From assembly GCA_030141605.1 (NCBI GenBank), contig JAQGDQ010000007.1, forward strand, positions 1,289,173 to 1,353,172: a stretch of DNA of 64,000 nucleotides. Reading direction: 5' to 3'. Below are positions 60,847 through 64,000 of this stretch, in pieces. The notes beneath the pieces are model-generated. The model did not search any database. It worked only from the letters and a program-made list of their open reading frames with translations, and was not told the DNA's origin. Origin of the DNA: Tubiluchus corallicola. Lineage: Eukaryota > Animalia > Priapulida. Every line of letters starts with the position of its first letter. Positions within the stretch are counted from its first letter, which is position 1. Position numbers and translations under genes: made by a program.

Positions 60847-63672
60847 CTAAAAAATGTTGAAATTTAAAATTTCCTTGTCTGCATATTTTTCTGGTTACCT
60901 AGTTCATAACTAGACTACCGCTAAATAACAGTTTATGAACAAAAAGTTGTAGCTTGTACCAAGTGTACTTGCAAGATAACACAAGAGCTGCTTGACTTGC
61001 AAATGAAGAAGTGGTAAACTTGCTTTACGTTGTACCATGTGTACCTGCAAGGTAACATAACAGTAGTGGCAAATAGATGGATAACAGGTGGAAAATTGTT
61101 TCTAGACAGTTTGCCCATGTTATTGTGATAACGATTATTTAACTAGTTGAGTTCCTAAGGAAAATTTATTTAACTAGTTGAAGTCCTGAGGAAAATATGT
61201 GTAACCCAAATGTGACTAAATCAGTTCTGTGGATTCAGTGTTAGATTAGAAGATTAAATCGAAGTGGAGGAAATGGTGGGACAGGCTTGTATTCTCCCTC
61301 ACCATGAAGCCATGAATGCATCTATCAAGGCTGTCATTAAGGATTTTTAAATTCGATTTCTGCTCGTACAGCAGCAAAAATCTGGCTCCTTTAAGCTTTT
61401 TTTTAAAAGAAACCGGCATAATTTATTGTTCAATTTCAAGGAAAATTAACATTTATAATTTAATTGTAATTCTGCACATGACCCTAATTACGTAGTAGTA
61501 AGGAACATTATGTTCTTAGAAAATTCTCTAGTGTTATCTCATAATTCGTGAAACCATTTCTTGTAACTCCTTTATATAACTTCTCAATTCACAATTAACT
61601 TTACCATAATTATTATTCAAATACGTTGCTTTCACGACAACTTTCTAAGATACAGTGTTATTTTTTTGCAAAGTATGAAGTGTCATGTAGTCCAACAGAT
61701 CGTAAGACAATCATTTACTGTCGAATCATAACTTTCTGTTTAATATCAGCGCTGCAAAAAAACTTACCCGTTCACTTTCTGTATCCAAAGCTGATGTTGC
61801 TTCGTCTAATAATAATATTCTGGGATTACGAATCAGTGCTCTAGCAATGGCAATTCGCTGTTTTTGTCCACCGCTCAACTGGGTACCTTTTTCTCCAACA
61901 TTTGTTGCATATCCCTAGTAAAGATAGTTTTGGAATTAAGGATATTTAACATACAAGTCCTAGAAAATGCATAACTATTATAATGTGTTTAATACAATAC
62001 TGGATGTCACAAAAGGGACACAAATGTACATTAGTTATGACACAAACCAGCCGCAATAATGTTTTGAAAACCAGATATAAATGCCTAAAAATTGACAGCA
62101 GTACACCACTTGAAAATTCTGTCTGCAACTGAACATTCTAAGCAATTTTGTGGTGATTAATATCATAAAAGTTTAAATATTGTGACATTATCCCTCCATA
62201 CATTCATGCTTTTGCAAACTAAGTCTCCAACTTCATCTTAATCTCACACTCTCCCAGACATCAAGGTTTTGACAAAATGGTTTGCCATGGCAAATCTACT
62301 GCTTGTAATGTCAGAGTGAAAAGCAATGCTGAAAAACACCTGCTTAACGATCCTGACTACACTTTAAACTCAAATAAATATACCAGTCTGTTTTCAGGTA
62401 ATGTTTGAGAAAACAAACTCGGAAAACGAACTTTCAGCTTCATGCAGATGCCTCAGCATTAACATAAATAAATCATTCATTCAACATTTTGAACAACTAC
62501 TTTTGCAGCATCTAAATGTATTATCATCCATTTTCTTCAGTATCTACACATATCTACATCTACTTTGTGTAACATCTTCTTTGATAAGAGAAATTAAAAT
62601 CTTCCTTGAAATGCATGCCAAAGCTGAGGTTATGTTAAATATATAAGCAAAAGTACGCTGAATTGTTACAGCTCAGATGGCCACTTCTTTCCATGAACAA
62701 TTATAAGCTATTGTTAAATAAAATTGTTTATAAAAATATTTATATTATTTTTTATTTTTGCAAATACCTATAAAAAATTATCAGACAATTATCAATTTAG
62801 TATTATATGTACTATTATAGCTGACAAAAATTTAAGTTTGTCATAGTTATCTTTTCTAGGAAAAATATGTCAGTGGGAGTAATAGTACTAGTGCTTATTT
62901 AGCCTTAATATTTTTTACTTATAGGTTAAGTGACCTGACAAATACCTAGCAAGCAGAACCATAAAATATGGATGTCGGTAATTAGTTTGGCAATTTTTCC
63001 CTTTCAATAACTATATCAGCATTTATTGTCTATTGCTGGTCTTTTATTGGTTTTTTAAATGCTAAATGCTGTAAGTATCTACTAGACCACTTTGCTGCTA
63101 GATGGTGCCACATTTTTGTTAGCTGCGTGCCATCGCGTCCTCCAGACGGCAGTGTCAAGAAAAAATATTCCAATTTTAATTATTAACACTTACTTAGGAC
63201 ACTATTATAAATTTTTGATGCTTTTTGTTTTGTATATTGTCATTAGTTTTAAAAAATTTCATTCATTTCGTTCAAGTGTCATTGAAAATGACTAAAATTT
63301 CGTTCGTTCCATTCGAATAGCTATTGAATAGCAGTGGTTGGTACCATGTACCAAACACAGCATTCACTAATCACACTGAACTGTAAACAATGAATACAGG
63401 AACTTCTGAAGGAACATAGGCAATGATAATATTTTTAATACAGCATCACAATATAGCAAAAATACCTCAGGTAGGGACTGAATAAATGTATGAATATTAG
63501 CACTTCTGGCTGCGGCTATTATTTCATCCATGAGAACATTTCGCTCGTTATCTCCATAGCTAATGTTCTCCGCAATCGTAGCATCAAACAAAACTGGTTC
63601 TTGGCTGACAATGCCAAGTTGTTGTCGAAGCCATTGAATGTTCAGATTTTTTATATCTTTCCCATCAATCAT
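60625..63672 (-). CDS. ABCB1: ABCB1/P-glycoprotein-type ABC transporter, last three exons (NBD2 C-terminal part), 5'-partial
   Basis: complement(join(60625..60846,61768..61914,63466..63672)), all phase 0 GT-AG. Q-loop [10 protein letters not shown], signature [15 protein letters not shown], Walker [14 protein letters not shown]-loop IAHRLSTI. Exact paralogue (ABCB1/4/5/11-like) not resolvable. Confidence 0.9.
61135..61196. repeat. 31-bp tandem duplication
   Basis: TTATTTAACTAGTTGAGTTCCTAAGGAAAAT / TTATTTAACTAGTTGAAGTCCTGAGGAAAAT. Confidence 0.85.
61768..61914 (-). CDS. ABCB1: ABCB1-like exon (147 nt, signature + Walker B), absent from ORF track
   Basis: actag|GGA..CGG|gtaagt; [49 protein letters not shown]. 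Confidence 0.93.
63466..63672 (-). CDS. ABCB1: ABCB1-like exon (207 nt, Q-loop)
   Basis: actag|ATG..GAG|gtattt; [41 protein letters not shown]. Confidence 0.92.
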
Positions 63673-64000
63673 CTAGTTAAAGTTAAATATCATTAGCAAA
63701 AATAGCTAGCCTAGATTATGATGAATCAAAGACTCGATTGACCGTTGCTACCTTTCACTGCTTTGAAATTTTTTGGAGGTTTTCTTCCCCTTTATTTATA
63801 AAAACTAACCTCTAAATATTTGTGAAAAAACCATCAAATTGGAAACTGTGGTAACTTTCCTGGCCATTTTTTAATTATTAATAATTTCATTTTTGCTCAT
63901 TTGAAGAAAATTATTACAGTGTATATTAGTTATTGGAAGAAAATTATTACTTAGCTTATCCAAAATTTACAAGTTCCAAAGTTTCCAAGAATTTGTTTCT

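Overview
AT-rich eukaryotic (invertebrate-type metazoan) genomic DNA with GT-AG spliceosomal introns. Most ORFs in the supplied track are exon fragments or noise. Three protein-coding genes can be rebuilt exon by exon with consistent phases. (1) A PHLPP orthologue (PH - LRR - PP2C-like - C-terminal DTRL PDZ ligand) on +, with 21 coding exons from 3395 to 48859. It is 5'-incomplete and has a 23.9 kb, CpG-retaining intron. (2) A complete proteasome alpha-7/alpha4-type subunit gene (PSMA7) on +, with 6 exons from 50772 to 57756 (251 aa). (3) The last three exons of an ABCB1/P-glycoprotein-type transporter on -, from 63672 to 60625. The introns carry decayed LINEs, two copies of a pogo/Tigger-type MITE, a piggyBac-type MITE, a mariner-type MITE and two Tc1 transposase relics. 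I found no evidence for a wholly new multi-gene system. The best leads are a PHLPP catalytic site lacking most PP2C acidic ligands, candidate alternative first and terminal PHLPP exons, a LINE tail abutting a splice acceptor, a 48-bp intergenic palindrome, and an ARE plus upstream ATGs at PSMA7.
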